Of a DNA stretch of 64,000 nucleotides, positions 12,224-23,715 are shown piece after piece. The stretch comes from Octopus sinensis. Taxonomy: Eukaryota. Below the pieces are notes generated by a model that was not told where the DNA came from, did not search any database, and saw only the letters and a list, made by a program, of their open reading frames with translations. The stretch lies in NCBI RefSeq assembly GCF_006345805.1, contig NC_043019.1, positions 10,663,360 to 10,727,359 of the forward strand, read 5' to 3'. Every line of letters starts with the position of its first letter. Positions within the stretch are counted from its first letter, which is position 1. A program made the position numbers and the translations under genes.

Positions 12224-13006
12224 TATTTCTTTATTGCCCACAAGGGGCTAAACATAGAGGGGACAAACAAAGAGAGACAAACGGATTAAGTTGATTATAT
12301 CGACCCCAGTGCGTAACTGGTACTTAATTTATCGACCCTGAAAGGATGAAAGGCAAAGTCGACCTCGGCGGAATTTGAACTCAGAACACAGTGGCAGACA
12401 AAATACCTATTTCTTTACTACCCACAAGGGGCTAAACATAGAGGGGACAAACAAGGACAGACAAACGGATTAAGTTGATTATATCGACCCCAGTGCGTAA
12501 CTTGGTACTTAATTTATCGACCCCGAAAGGATGAAAGGCAAAGTCGACCTCAGTGGAATTTGAACTCAGAACACAGTGGCAGACGAAATAGCTATTTCTT
12601 TACTACCCACAAGGGGCTAAACACAGAGAGGACAAACAAGGAGAGACAAACGGATTAAGTTGATTATATCGACCCCAGTGCGTAACTGGTACTTAATTTA
12701 TCAACCCCGAAAGGATGAAGGGCAAAGTCGACCTCGGCGGAATTTGAACTCAGAACGTAATGGCAGACGAAATACCTATTTCTTTACTACCCACAAGGGG
12801 CTAAACACAGAGGACAAACAAGGAGAGACAAACGGATTAAGTTGATTATATCGACCCCAGTGCGTAACTGGTACTTAATTTATCGACCCCGAAAGGATGA
12901 AAGGCAAAGTCGACCTCAGCGGTATTTGAACTCAGAACGTAGTGGCAGACGAAATACTGCTAAGCATTTCGCCCGGCATGCTAACATTTCTGCCAGCTCG
13001 CCGCCT
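12224..13006 (-). mobile_element. SINE-B tandem array (one full head unit plus three ~184-bp headless units)
   Basis: Units start at 12224, 12408, 12593 and 12777; each junction reads gaaata(c/g)c|tatttcttt. Confidence 0.93.
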
Positions 13007-13050
13007 TTGTCCATGATAAAACCAAAGGCTCCTCTTGACACCACATATTT

Positions 13051-13526
13051 AATAATAATAAAACATTGTGTACAGTGCTCAGGTGCACTACAACTCATCT
13101 AGAGTGTATATATAATCAGGTGTAGTTTCGGCGGATTTCGGAAAGCATGAGGGCCTTAAAGGATGCAGTGTCATGGCAGTCAACAACTGACTCAGGCAGT
13201 TTATTCCATGCTTCAGCAACTCTGAGCGTGAAAAAATGTTTCCAAAAGTCATGGGAGCTGTGTTGTTTTCTGACTTTGTAGGCATGTCCACGTGTGTTAG
13301 ACACATGGAGATCAAAAAGGTGTTCAGTGTTGTTGTTGGTGGGGTGGTTGATAACTTTGTGGGTGTTTACCAAGTCCGTCGCCAGACGCCGGAGCTTCAG
13401 TGAATCCATGCCCAGGGAAACAAGGCGCTCAGAATATGGTAGGTGTCTGATGGAGGGTATGCGTTTGGTTGCACGTCTCTGGACAGATTCCAGGAGGTCA
13501 ATGTTCTGAGCAAGATAGGGGTTCCA
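13051..13526 (-). mobile_element. 5'-truncated CR1-clade LINE (ORF2 C-terminus, 3' UTR, (TTA)n tail)
   Basis: WNPYLAQNIDLLESVQRRATK...Y.ERL..LG..SL..RR...TRGH..KVRK...FFTLRV..AWNKLP...SFK is the typical CR1 ORF2 C-terminal pattern. Frame is open to its stop at 13116. Confidence 0.92.
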
Positions 13527-14443
13527 TTTTATTCTAACACCAGCACTAGAAGGGTTGCCATGGTATCTCACTGTAAGATTAAAGAGCCCATACTGCGCTA
13601 TGATGTGCTGTTCATTTGTTCAAGGCAAAGTGATTGAAAAATAAAAGATGGGACTGGAATACCTTTGATTGCTAGGTCAAGTCTGTCCTGGGGTTAAACA
13701 ACAACAACAACAACAACAACAAATGGAGTTCAAATGTTGGTAAAGGTCAGAAAATTAGAAGAGGTTTGTCTGCTGTGAAGAGAAGTGTCATTTAATAATA
13801 TTGTAAAAACAGGGAGCTTCTTCAAAGAATAGTGTCTCTCTTCTCCTTCTCTCTCCTCTAACTTTTTTTTCTCTCTCTCTCCCTTTTTCTCCTAGCACTA
13901 CTCTCTCTTTCTCTCTCTTTTCAACTTGGTCAAGTACCTTGTTTAACTTCAGGATAGTGTTATATTAAGCGCATCGATTTGACTTGAGGGTTAGTCTGGG
14001 GGTAAATGCAGAGTAACTCATCTGGGCATGGGCGCACACACACACAACACACATGCACACACACATGCACAACACACACATGCACACACACACACATGCA
14101 CACACACACACACACACATGCACACACACACACACACACGCCTGAACACACAGACACATGCACATGCCTGAACACACACACACACACACCTGCATATACA
14201 CACAGACACACACAGCCAGAGACAAACACACACACTGCAACCCTGTTTAGCAGTCACACTTATACTTTTCCTCTCCCTCTCCCTCCTTCTCTCTCTCTCT
14301 CTCATACACACACACACTCTCTGTCCCTCTCTTCAAAGACACTTCATCATCATCATCATTATCATCATCAAGGGAATAAATGTAATAAGCTGTCATCATC
14401 ATCATCATCATCTTTATAACCACCACCATAGCCATCATTTTGC

Positions 14444-14774
14444 CTCTCATTCTTGATATCACCACCACCACCACCACCACCACCACCATCACCATCATCA
14501 TCATCATCATTATCATCATCGCCATTGTCATCATCACCAATATCATAAATGCTACCATCATTAATTATCAGCAGCATTGATTTATGGTGGCGGTGGCGGC
14601 AGTGGTAGTGGTGGTGGTGGAGGTGGTGGTGCAGAGATGATGCTAGTTGCAGTGTGCTATTTCATCATCATCTGGTGTGATGTTGAAGGTTGCCACATCA
14701 CATCGCATCATCTCATCTCATCACTCATCACCACCACCACCACCCTCCACCTCCATCATCTGGTTTGTTACATC
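14444..14774 (+). repeat. Donor arm of a local inverted duplication
   Basis: Reverse complement of 15507-15795; both translate to ...GAEMMLVAVCYFII(I)WCDVEGCHI.... Confidence 0.9.
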
Positions 14775-14994
14775 ACCCACTTGTGGCTCCAGACTGATCA
14801 CAAGACTATTATTATAAATATACCACCACCACCACCACAACCAATCCTCCTGCTGTCCTAATTGACTGAAGGCACTGATATACAACATAAGCATACCACC
14901 ATCACACCACCATCACCACCACCACCATCACACCACCACCACAACCACCACCACCACCAACACCACCATTGAGAAATGTTTAGTTGAATGAGTC

Positions 14995-15115
14995 AAGCCC
15001 AGTACATTTTAATTTCTTTTTTAGCCTGATACTTAGTCCATCAGTTTCTTTTGTCAAACTGCTAAGTTACATAAACGTAAACATACCAACACCGGTTGTC
15101 AAGAGTGGTGGGGGA

Positions 15116-15185
<70 letters not shown>

Positions 15186-15850
15186 CATCATCATCATCAT
15201 CATCGTTTAGCGTCCGTTTTCCATGCTAGCATGGGTTGGACGGTCTATATATATATATATATAGACGTTAGGAAGGGCATCCAGCCGTAGAAACACTGCC
15301 AGATCTGACTGGGCCTGATGAAACCTTCCAGCTTCACAGACCCCAGTTGACCCGTCCAACCCATGCTAGCATGGAAAGCGGACACTAAATGATGATGATG
15401 ATGATATATATATATATATATATAATATATACGCGACAGGTTTCTTTCAGTTTCCATCTACCAAATCCACTCACATGGTTTTGGTCAGCGCAAGGCTATA
15501 GTAGAAGATGTAACAAACCAGATGGAGGTGGAGGGTGGAGGGGGTGGTGGTGGGGAGAGTGATGAGATGAGACGATGCGATGCGATGTGGCAACCTTCAA
15601 CATCACACCAGATGATGAAATAGCACACTGCAACTAGCATCATCTCTGCACCACCTCCACCACTACCACCACCACCACCACCACCACCACCACCACCATA
15701 AATCAATGCTGCTGATAATGATGGTAGCATTTATAATATTGGTGATGATGACAATAGTGATGATGATGATGATGGTGATGACATCGAGAATGAGATGCCA
15801 CACAGTGGGACTGAACCCAGGACCATGTGGTTGGGAGGCAAACCTCCTGC
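14995..15850 (-). mobile_element. SINE-A copy disrupted by two RTE 3' fragments and an inverted ~290-bp insertion
   Basis: SINE-A pieces at about 14995-15125, 15430-15508 and 15795-15850; RTE-tail pieces at 15185-15245 and 15265-15405. Confidence 0.8.
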
Positions 15851-16499
15851 CACACTGCCATGTCTATATCTAAAAAAAAAAAATTTTTTTAATAATTTTA
15901 AAAAACCACCCCCTCCCCCCAAAAAACCCCAGCTGGTCATGGTTGGAATGTCCGATCCTATATATCCAACTGATCAGAGCTGACTCAAGGATAAACAACA
16001 ACAACACAACAAGAAGAAAAAATGACACTCTATGAGTAATATTAATTTTACATAGAATAATAACTACAAAATACATGACAATGATGATTGTGGTGGTGGC
16101 AGTAGTGGTTGGTGGTAGTGACAGACAACAGCACAGTACAATCAATGTGGTGGTGGTGGTGTAGTTGGAGGTTGAGGAAATATTGACTTAAATCAGTCGA
16201 TAAGTATTTCATCAGCCAACCTAGATACTTCTTGAAGAAATCTCCATATCTCTTAAATCCTACAAAGTATACACCCTCCCCTAGCTCGACCCACCATCAA
16301 ACACTAATCTTCTACATACACACATGCACTCCCTCTCTCCTGAGCTACATATATACACACACACACATGTACATACATACATACATACATATACATATAT
16401 ATATCTACACACATGTACACACACATACTTTCTTTGCTGAACTTACAATGACCACAACAACAACCAGCACCACTACCGCCACAACAGCAGCAGCAGCAG

Positions 16500-16627
16500 T
16501 GAGGTGCAATGGCCCAGTGGTTAGGGCAGCGGACTCGCGGTCAGAAGATCGCGGTTTCGATTCCCAGACCGGGCGCTGTGTGTGTTTATTGAGCGAAAAC
16601 ACCTAAAGCTCCACGAGGCTCCAGCAG
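16500..16627 (+). mobile_element. SINE-D head (tRNA-derived, 3'-truncated)
   Basis: A-box tggcccagtgg and B-box ggtttcgattcc; matches 55848 and 54270. Confidence 0.88.
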
Positions 16628-17603
16628 TCCAGAGTTTAAATTCCATTGACGTCGCCTTTGTCTTTCATCCTTTCAGGGTCGATAAGAAAAGAGTACCAGT
16701 TGAACACTGGGGTACATGTAAATAACTTATCCTTTCCCCTGAACTTATCAGCCTTGTGCCAAAATTTGAAATCAATATGTAGAATGGCTCTCCTGGGATA
16801 AATCTGTCAGTTGCCCTCAAACTGCTCAGAATTGTAAGCTGGTCCTGCCTGTCCTGTCCTGTCCTGCTTGAGGTGAAGTGGGGTGAAGGACATTATAATG
16901 GTTAATATCTGGTGGGAGTGTGTGTGAAGACCTTAAGGAATAAAACACTGGACAAGGTATTTGGAATGGGTAAAGGGTGGGGACAGAATCAAGATAAAGG
17001 GTGTTTATGCATGGGTACGCATGGGTGCACGCGTGTGTGTGTGTGTGCTATGGTTGGATTGGACTGAAAAATGTTAATGTTTGCTGCCTTGTCCTCCACA
17101 GCAGAAATATTAATGCTGGTTCCCCCTCATGAAGAGGATAGGTCTGCAAGAGCCTTGTGCTGGCTCCACATAGAAAGCACCTGTGTCGGAACCATGTAAT
17201 AGCTCCTGTGCTGTGTGGCACATAACAGCATCCATGCTGGTGACACGTAAAAGGCACCTGGTGCACTCTGTAAAGGGGTTGGCATTAGGAAGGGCATCCA
17301 GCCCTAGAAAGCAAGCCACATCAGGCAATGGAGCCTGGTGCAACTCCCTGGCTTACCAGCTCTGGTGAAACTGTCCAACCCATGCCAGCATGAAAAACAG
17401 ACGTTAAAGGATGATGTTGATGATGATTTTCCAAACTTGCATGAGTCAGACAGAATTTCTGGAAGCAGATTATTTCCTGTCACTAATCCTCACCTGTTTC
17501 CAAGCAAGGTTAATTATTTCTCCCCATGACTAGACATTTTTACAGAATATTGGAAACACAGGACACAGATGGCATGGTGACATTTGTTGACAACAATCAC
17601 TGA

Positions 17604-17796
17604 AGGTCGAAGCAAGGGAACAGTAAGGAGTGGTTGGAGATCACGCGGTCGTTAGCCTCAAATCACCAGGCCTGGTCAGCATTTGTGAGAGATGCAGCAT
17701 TGAGGATCAATGAAGCCAGCTCAACCCACCCCGGGTGAATGAGCCAGCATTCACCCGGGGTGGGTTGAGCTGGCTCAAGACAAGACAAGAAGACAA
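17604..17796 (+). mobile_element. RTE-clade LINE 3' end with a fold-back duplication and (caaga)n tail
   Basis: EWLEITRSLASNHQAWSAFVRDAALRINEASSTHPG* resembles the RTE C-terminus W..A.DR.AWS..RD....GDAGSTRPG*. Tail caagacaagacaag. Confidence 0.75.
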
Positions 17797-18504
17797 AACA
17801 CACACACACACACCAAACATGCAAAACACACATGTATAAACACATAGATGATGGGCTTCTTACAGTTTCCATCTACCAAATTCATTCCTTTGGAGCTTGG
17901 AGCTTTGGTGGGTCCTGAGGCTTTAGTATAAAAGGCAAAATGGGTAGGAGATTGAATCAATATAGAATGTGGTGTGTGCGTGTGTGTCTGCAAGAAGGGG
18001 TGTGTTATGGTTGGATGGACTGTAAAAAAGGGAAGGAAAATAATGGCCCAGCGGCACCTAGAAACTGATGGTGACGGTGGTGGTGGTGGGTGTGAGAGAA
18101 ATAATCAATGAAGTGAAACACAGTGTGGAGGAGAGGTGGGTGGAGAGCACAGTGGAAGTGAAAGTAGAGTGGGGTGGGAAGGTGAGAAGAGAGGATGTAG
18201 GTATGGGTTTTTTTTTTAGTGGAAAAAGTGAAGTAAAGAGGGGAGAAAAGAGGATGCGATATGCGAGACATTGGCTGTGAAGGAGAGCCAGGATAAGAAG
18301 TGAGCCAAAAATAGTCTGAGAATTAGCCATTATCCAAAAGTTTTGGCTAAGTTAAGCTTCTAAATGAATATCTTCTAATTACAACAACAACATAACGACA
18401 GAAAGCGAACCACACCTGATACCTGGAAACAAAAACATCTAGGTGATTGTATTTGGAACGGAAAAGTGGTGGTGGATGTGGGTAGAGAAAGAACATCCTG
18501 TTGA

Positions 18505-18507
18505 TAT

Positions 18508-18576
<69 letters not shown>

Positions 18577-18717
18577 CAGAGGAGAGAGAGATAGGAGAGA
18601 GTGAGGAAAGAGAGGAGAGGAGGAGAGAGAGAAAGAGAGAGAGAGAGAGGGAGAGGGAGGAGAAGAGGTGGAGAAGTGAGAGAGAGAAAGAGAGAGAAAG
18701 AGAGAGGGGAGAGAGAG

Positions 18718-18749
<32 letters not shown>

Positions 18750-18802
18750 CAGACAGAGAGGGAGAGAGAGACAGACAGAGAGGGAGAGAGAGAGAAAAGA
18801 GG

Positions 18803-18850
<48 letters not shown>
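18505..18850. repeat. (GA)n polypurine tract
   Basis: Direct observation. Confidence 0.95.
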
Positions 18851-18851
<1 letters not shown>

Positions 18852-19194
18852 TTTAGAGAGAAGATAAATAAACAGAAATGATTCATGTTTAGGCCATTGG
18901 TGCTGAACCAATCCATGGCCCTTAGGCAGTGGTGGGGGAGCAAAGATAGGGTGGGGACAAAGAGAGAGGTAGAGCAAAAGATAGAGAGGAAGAAGAAGAA
19001 TGATCAGAAAGACTGAAAGATGAAAGAGAGAGAGATACATGGATTGTGAATGTGTGTGTGTGTGCATGTGTGCGGATGTGTATGTTTGTATCAACTCAAG
19101 TATTTTAGATGTCGAAGTATATCTAGAATTACACTCAATGTTGTGATAAATCTCAGAACAGGTTAGTTACACACATCACTTTCACACACAGAAA

Positions 19195-19525
19195 CACATA
19201 TACATGTACACACACACACACACACACACACTCCAACACATATACATACACACAGAAACATATATACATGCACACACACACACACTCCAACACATATACA
19301 TACACACAGAAACATATATACATGCACACACACACACACACTCCAACACATATACATACACACAGAAACATATATACATGCAACACACACACACACTCCA
19401 ACACATATACATACACACAGAAACATATATACATGCACACACACACACACACTCCAACACATATACATACACACAGAAACATATATACATGCACACACAC
19501 ACACACACACACACACACTCCAACA
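19195..19525. repeat. ~58-bp minisatellite (acactccaacacatatacatacacacagaaacatatatacatgc)
   Basis: Five to six tandem copies. Confidence 0.92.
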
Positions 19526-19741
19526 CATCCAAATACAAATACATAAATACATACACAAACACAGGTGTGCAGTATATACACACACATGCAGACAAACACA
19601 CACACACATATTTAAAATCTCAGACAGAAGACATAAATAATGATTCAAAGTTAAAACAGTCAGTGTTTGAGTCTGCATACACACACAAACACACACACAC
19701 ACACACAACACACACGCACACACACACACACACACAAACAC

Positions 19742-19784
<43 letters not shown>

Positions 19785-19810
19785 AACACAAACACACACA
19801 CACACACATC

Positions 19811-20700
19811 AGCTGTGTAAAGAAGTGTCAATTTTAATTGTTGAGGGGAACCTACTGAAGAGGTTGACCCAGGAAGACATGGGACTAGGTGGTGAAATAT
19901 GATCTCCAGTTGTTGAGTTTCATGGCAACAATGCCAAGTGACCGAGATTCCTAGTGATTTGTTGTGCTTGAGAAGATAGGTCAAACCAAGTGAAATCATA
20001 CCTGTGACCAGTGCCTGTGACATGTAAAAGATACCACTGCCCATGACAAGTAAAAACTGCTGGTGATATGTTAAGAGGCACCCTGTGCCAGTGACATGTA
20101 AAATGGCACCTGTGCTGGTGACATATATTTCTTTATTTTAAGGCGGCGAGCTGGCAGAGTCGTTAGCACGCCGGGCGAAATGCTTAGCGGTATTGCGTCT
20201 GTCGTTGTGTTCTGAGTTCAAATTCCGCCGAGGTCGACTTTGCCTTTCATCCTTTCGGGGTCGATAAATTAAGTACCAGTTACGCACTGGGGTCAATGTA
20301 ATCGACTTAATCTGTTTGTCTGTCCTTGCTTGTCCCCTCTATGTTTAGCCCCTTGTGGGTAGTAAAGAAATAGGTATTTCTTTATTGACCACAAGGGGCT
20401 AAACACAGAGGGGACAAACAAGGACAGACAAAGGGATTAAGTCGATTACGTCGACCCCAGTGCGAAACTGGTACTTTATTTATCAGAACGTAACGACAGA
20501 CGAAATACCGCTAAGCATTTCGCCCGGCGCGCTAACGTTTCTACCAGCTCGCTGCCTTAAGACACCTGGTACACTCTGTAAAGTAGTTTGCAGTAGGGAG
20601 GACATCCAGCCATGGCAACCAAGCCAAAACAGATAACAGGAGTCTGGTGCATTTCTTCAGCTTACAAGCTCTGCCTCAGACTATCCAACCCATGCCAGTA
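19811..20700 (+). mobile_element. RTE LINE 3' fragment (ORF2 C-terminus, 3' UTR, (GAT)n tail) interrupted by a SINE-B inverted dimer
   Basis: Degenerate KKC..LIVEGT..RG.PRKTWD.VVKYDL....M.SDRD.W..VVLEK..Q.K* at 19811-19993 runs into the abundant 'catccagc...aacccatgc...gatgatgat' sequence, showing that family is an RTE 3' UTR. Confidence 0.8.
20139..20560. mobile_element. SINE-B tail-to-tail inverted dimer
   Basis: Plus copy 20139-20372, 2-nt GG spacer, minus copy 20375-20560 with an internal deletion. Confidence 0.92.
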
Positions 20701-21139
20701 TGGATAAACAGGCATTAAATGATGATGATGATGATGGTAGCCATCCATTTTCGCTGCTCATTATTCCTGGAAGTGTTGTGGTGGTATATTCCTCAGACAC
20801 CTCCTACTTATAGAATCCTCTCAGAAGTGACTGTCACTACACTTTCTGGCTGTGTTCCCATGTGTGACCAACTGAGGACCGGATGTTTGTCCAACCATCT
20901 TGTTCTTGGCCTACCTCTAGGGATTCTGCAGGTTAGCACACACACACACATGATTGCATTCTCAAACGTGTACACGCTCACACGTGTACACGCTCACATA
21001 CACACAATCATCATTGTCATCATTGGCGTTGCCCACCTTACCTTTCCAAGGGACTGAACCATGTGGTTGGAAAGCAAACTTCTTACAACATGCCTGTACA
21101 ACATGTATGTGTGTATATATATATATACACATACATATT

Positions 21140-21725
21140 TTTGTCTTTTATTTGTTTCAGTCATTTTGGCTGTGGCCATGCTGGGGCACCATCTCAAAAG
21201 GTTTTTTAGTAAAACAAATTGACCCCATTTTCTTTTCTTTCTTAAGCCTAGTACTTATGCTATCAGTCACATGACAAACCACTAAGTTATAGGAACATAA
21301 ACACACCAACACTGGTTGTGAGGCAGTAGTAGCGGTGGGGGTGGCAAACACATACACACACACACACATGATGTGTTTCTTTCAGTTTCTGTCTACCAAA
21401 TCCACTCACAAGGTTTTGGTTGGCCTGAGGCTATAGTAGAAGCCACTTGGCCAAGGTGCCACACAGTGGAACTGAACCCAGAACCATGTGGTTGAGAAGA
21501 AAGCTTCTTATCACACAACCACACCTGCACCTATATATATATATACACACACACACATATATAGCACCCACTACACTTTCGGAGTGGTTGGCACTAGGAA
21601 GGACATCCAGCTGTAGAAACTCTGCTGGATCAAGATTGGAGCCTGGTTCGCCAGACCTCAGTCAAAATCATCCAACCCATGCTAGCATGGAAAGCGGACG
21701 TTAAACGACGATGATGATGACATTG
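21140..21725. mobile_element. Old SINE-A (minus) followed by an RTE 3' fragment (plus, 21555-21725)
   Basis: Family-diagnostic motifs as in the other copies. Confidence 0.8.
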
Positions 21726-22901
21726 ATATATATATATAAATAAGTAAAAACGACAATACAAATCTGCACAATTAGTGCAGCAAACTCCCCCCCACCCAGT
21801 TCAGCTATTTTCTTGAATGCTGTTGAATCCCAGGGGGGTGAGCAAGAGGTGCAGTCACATCAAGACAGTGTATTGTTCAACTGGAGGATTTAGGCAAGAA
21901 GGTTAACCGAAGAACGTAGGAGTGAATGAAACGAGGACAGCCAGCTAACCAAGACACCCAAACCAATACAACGAACAATAAGTACAATCAGAATTTCATT
22001 ACTAAAGAAGAACTTGTCTTTAAACCAACCAAACATGTCCTATAGAAGACTAAACTTGAACCAACACACTAACAAACACACATACACACAAAAAAAAAAG
22101 AGGCATAATTATGATGATTATTATGGAAAAGAAAAGGTTTAGGCAATTCAGCTGATATTTAATGCAATAAAATAAAGAAAGAGAAATATAAAGACCAATA
22201 AGTATGATGGTTAAAACAAGGAGGAAAAAGAAAGAGATAAAGGGAAATAGCAGTTTTAAAATCTCAGAGCTTGTTTGAAATACTGCTTGCTTTATTTGTA
22301 AAATAGTGGTGCGAATAACAATGGCTCAAGGCCAGACGAGTCAACAAATTAAATATCCGTGGCTCTGAAATGGGTGAAAATCAGAAACTTTTATTATTTT
22401 TTTTGTCTTTTATTTTGTGTTCAAAGGGAATATTAATATAAAATAACTACTCCTTTGTTGTTTTGCTGGAATAAAATATGTCGCAAATAGTTGAAGTACC
22501 CAGTTTTGGTCAACTGCTGAAATTTGGCTTTTCGTACGGTAGAGGTCAAAATAGAACCCAGCTAAATGGTAAACCCGCCCCTTTCTTGCATAAGAGATCT
22601 ATAGTACCAAATAAGGTCATCTGCAAGAACGCATTATACTATCCACCTCTCTCTCAACTGATGAACTTCAATTTATTAACATATTGTCAAAATTCTCTGT
22701 TACCTACAATTGTTTCCATACTCAACTCATTCAATTACAAATTAATAAATTATAAATTGCATCTTGAAAAGAGCGAGTTTAAATACTTCCTCAGGGTGAG
22801 AATTAGACACAAAAAGGAATCACCTCATAATTGATCGGGTGTTACTGGACTATATACTGGACTGTTACTGTATATATACATAATGGGACAAGAACACAAA
22901 A

Positions 22902-23300
22902 CATGTTACTATCATCACGGAGCTTTCTACTAACATATCCATGCATAAGTCTTCTGCTCATATAGGCTCATCCTTTCATCTGACGATATGTTGCGGTAGG
23001 GTCATGCAACTTCTTTGCGCATGTATTCTAGGTTATCAGACAAAGAGCATTGCTCAAGGAGCTGCCTTCCATGTTTTATGATGTTATCAGCTTCATGTAT
23101 GCAAACCTGGTCAAGGGATGCACGTCGACACTTGGTGGTTAAAAGATGTTGCCGAAGGGATATGATGTGACATTCAAAGGCATTTTCGATTGATGTTAAG
23201 CCTCTTCCGCCTTGTTAACGTTTCAGGTAGGGGCAATCTACATCACTGTTTATGTGGAAATTATGTGTGCTTGTTAGTATTTTTCAGGTTTTCACATCAA
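22902..23300 (-). mobile_element. Decayed R4/Dong-like (restriction-endonuclease-type) non-LTR retrotransposon RT-domain fragment
   Basis: Minus frame reads IDVKT*KILTSTHNFHINSDVDCPYLKR*QGGRGLTSIENAF...YEQK(frameshift)MHGYV. This matches the D.KTRK.LT...FH..SD.DRLY..R..GGRGL and K.MHG motifs of that group. Stops and a frameshift hide it from the ORF track. Confidence 0.8.
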
Positions 23301-23310
23301 TATGTATTCT

Positions 23311-23512
23311 CTCTTTTACTCTTTTACTTGTTTCAGTCATTTGACTGCGGCCATGCTGGAGCACCGCCTTTAATCGAGCAACTCGACCCCGGGACTTATT
23401 CTTTGTAAGCCCAGTACTTATTCTATCGGTCTCTTTTTGCCGAACCGCTAAGTGACGGGGACGTAAACACACCAGCATCAGTTGTCAAGCAATGCTAGGG
23501 GGACAAACACAG

Positions 23513-23543
<31 letters not shown>

Positions 23544-23715
23544 CATATATACGACAGGCTTCTTTCAGTTTCCGTCTACCAAATCCACTCACAAGGCATT
23601 GGTCGGCCCGGGGCTATAGCAGAAGACACTTGCCCAAGATGCCACGCAGTGGGACTGAACCCGGAACCATGTGGTTGGTTAGCAAGCTACTTACCACACA
23701 GCCACTCCTGTGCCT
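23311..23715 (-). mobile_element. SINE-A, young full-length copy
   Basis: Complete head-to-(gtaaaaga)n-tail match. Confidence 0.93.

Noticed and set aside
12224-13006. Regularly spaced repeats resembling a CRISPR array
   Set aside because: Whole ~184-bp units are repeated with no unique spacers, and there are no cas genes; eukaryotic SINE array.
16195-16230. Other CTGATGA heptamers (16211, 22660, 23975, 36815, 54283, 57978, 59358)
   Set aside because: None has a downstream GAAA with pairable stems.
22478-22834. 118-aa ORF in unique AT-rich DNA
   Set aside because: No recognisable motif or convincing splice context; length is within chance expectation.
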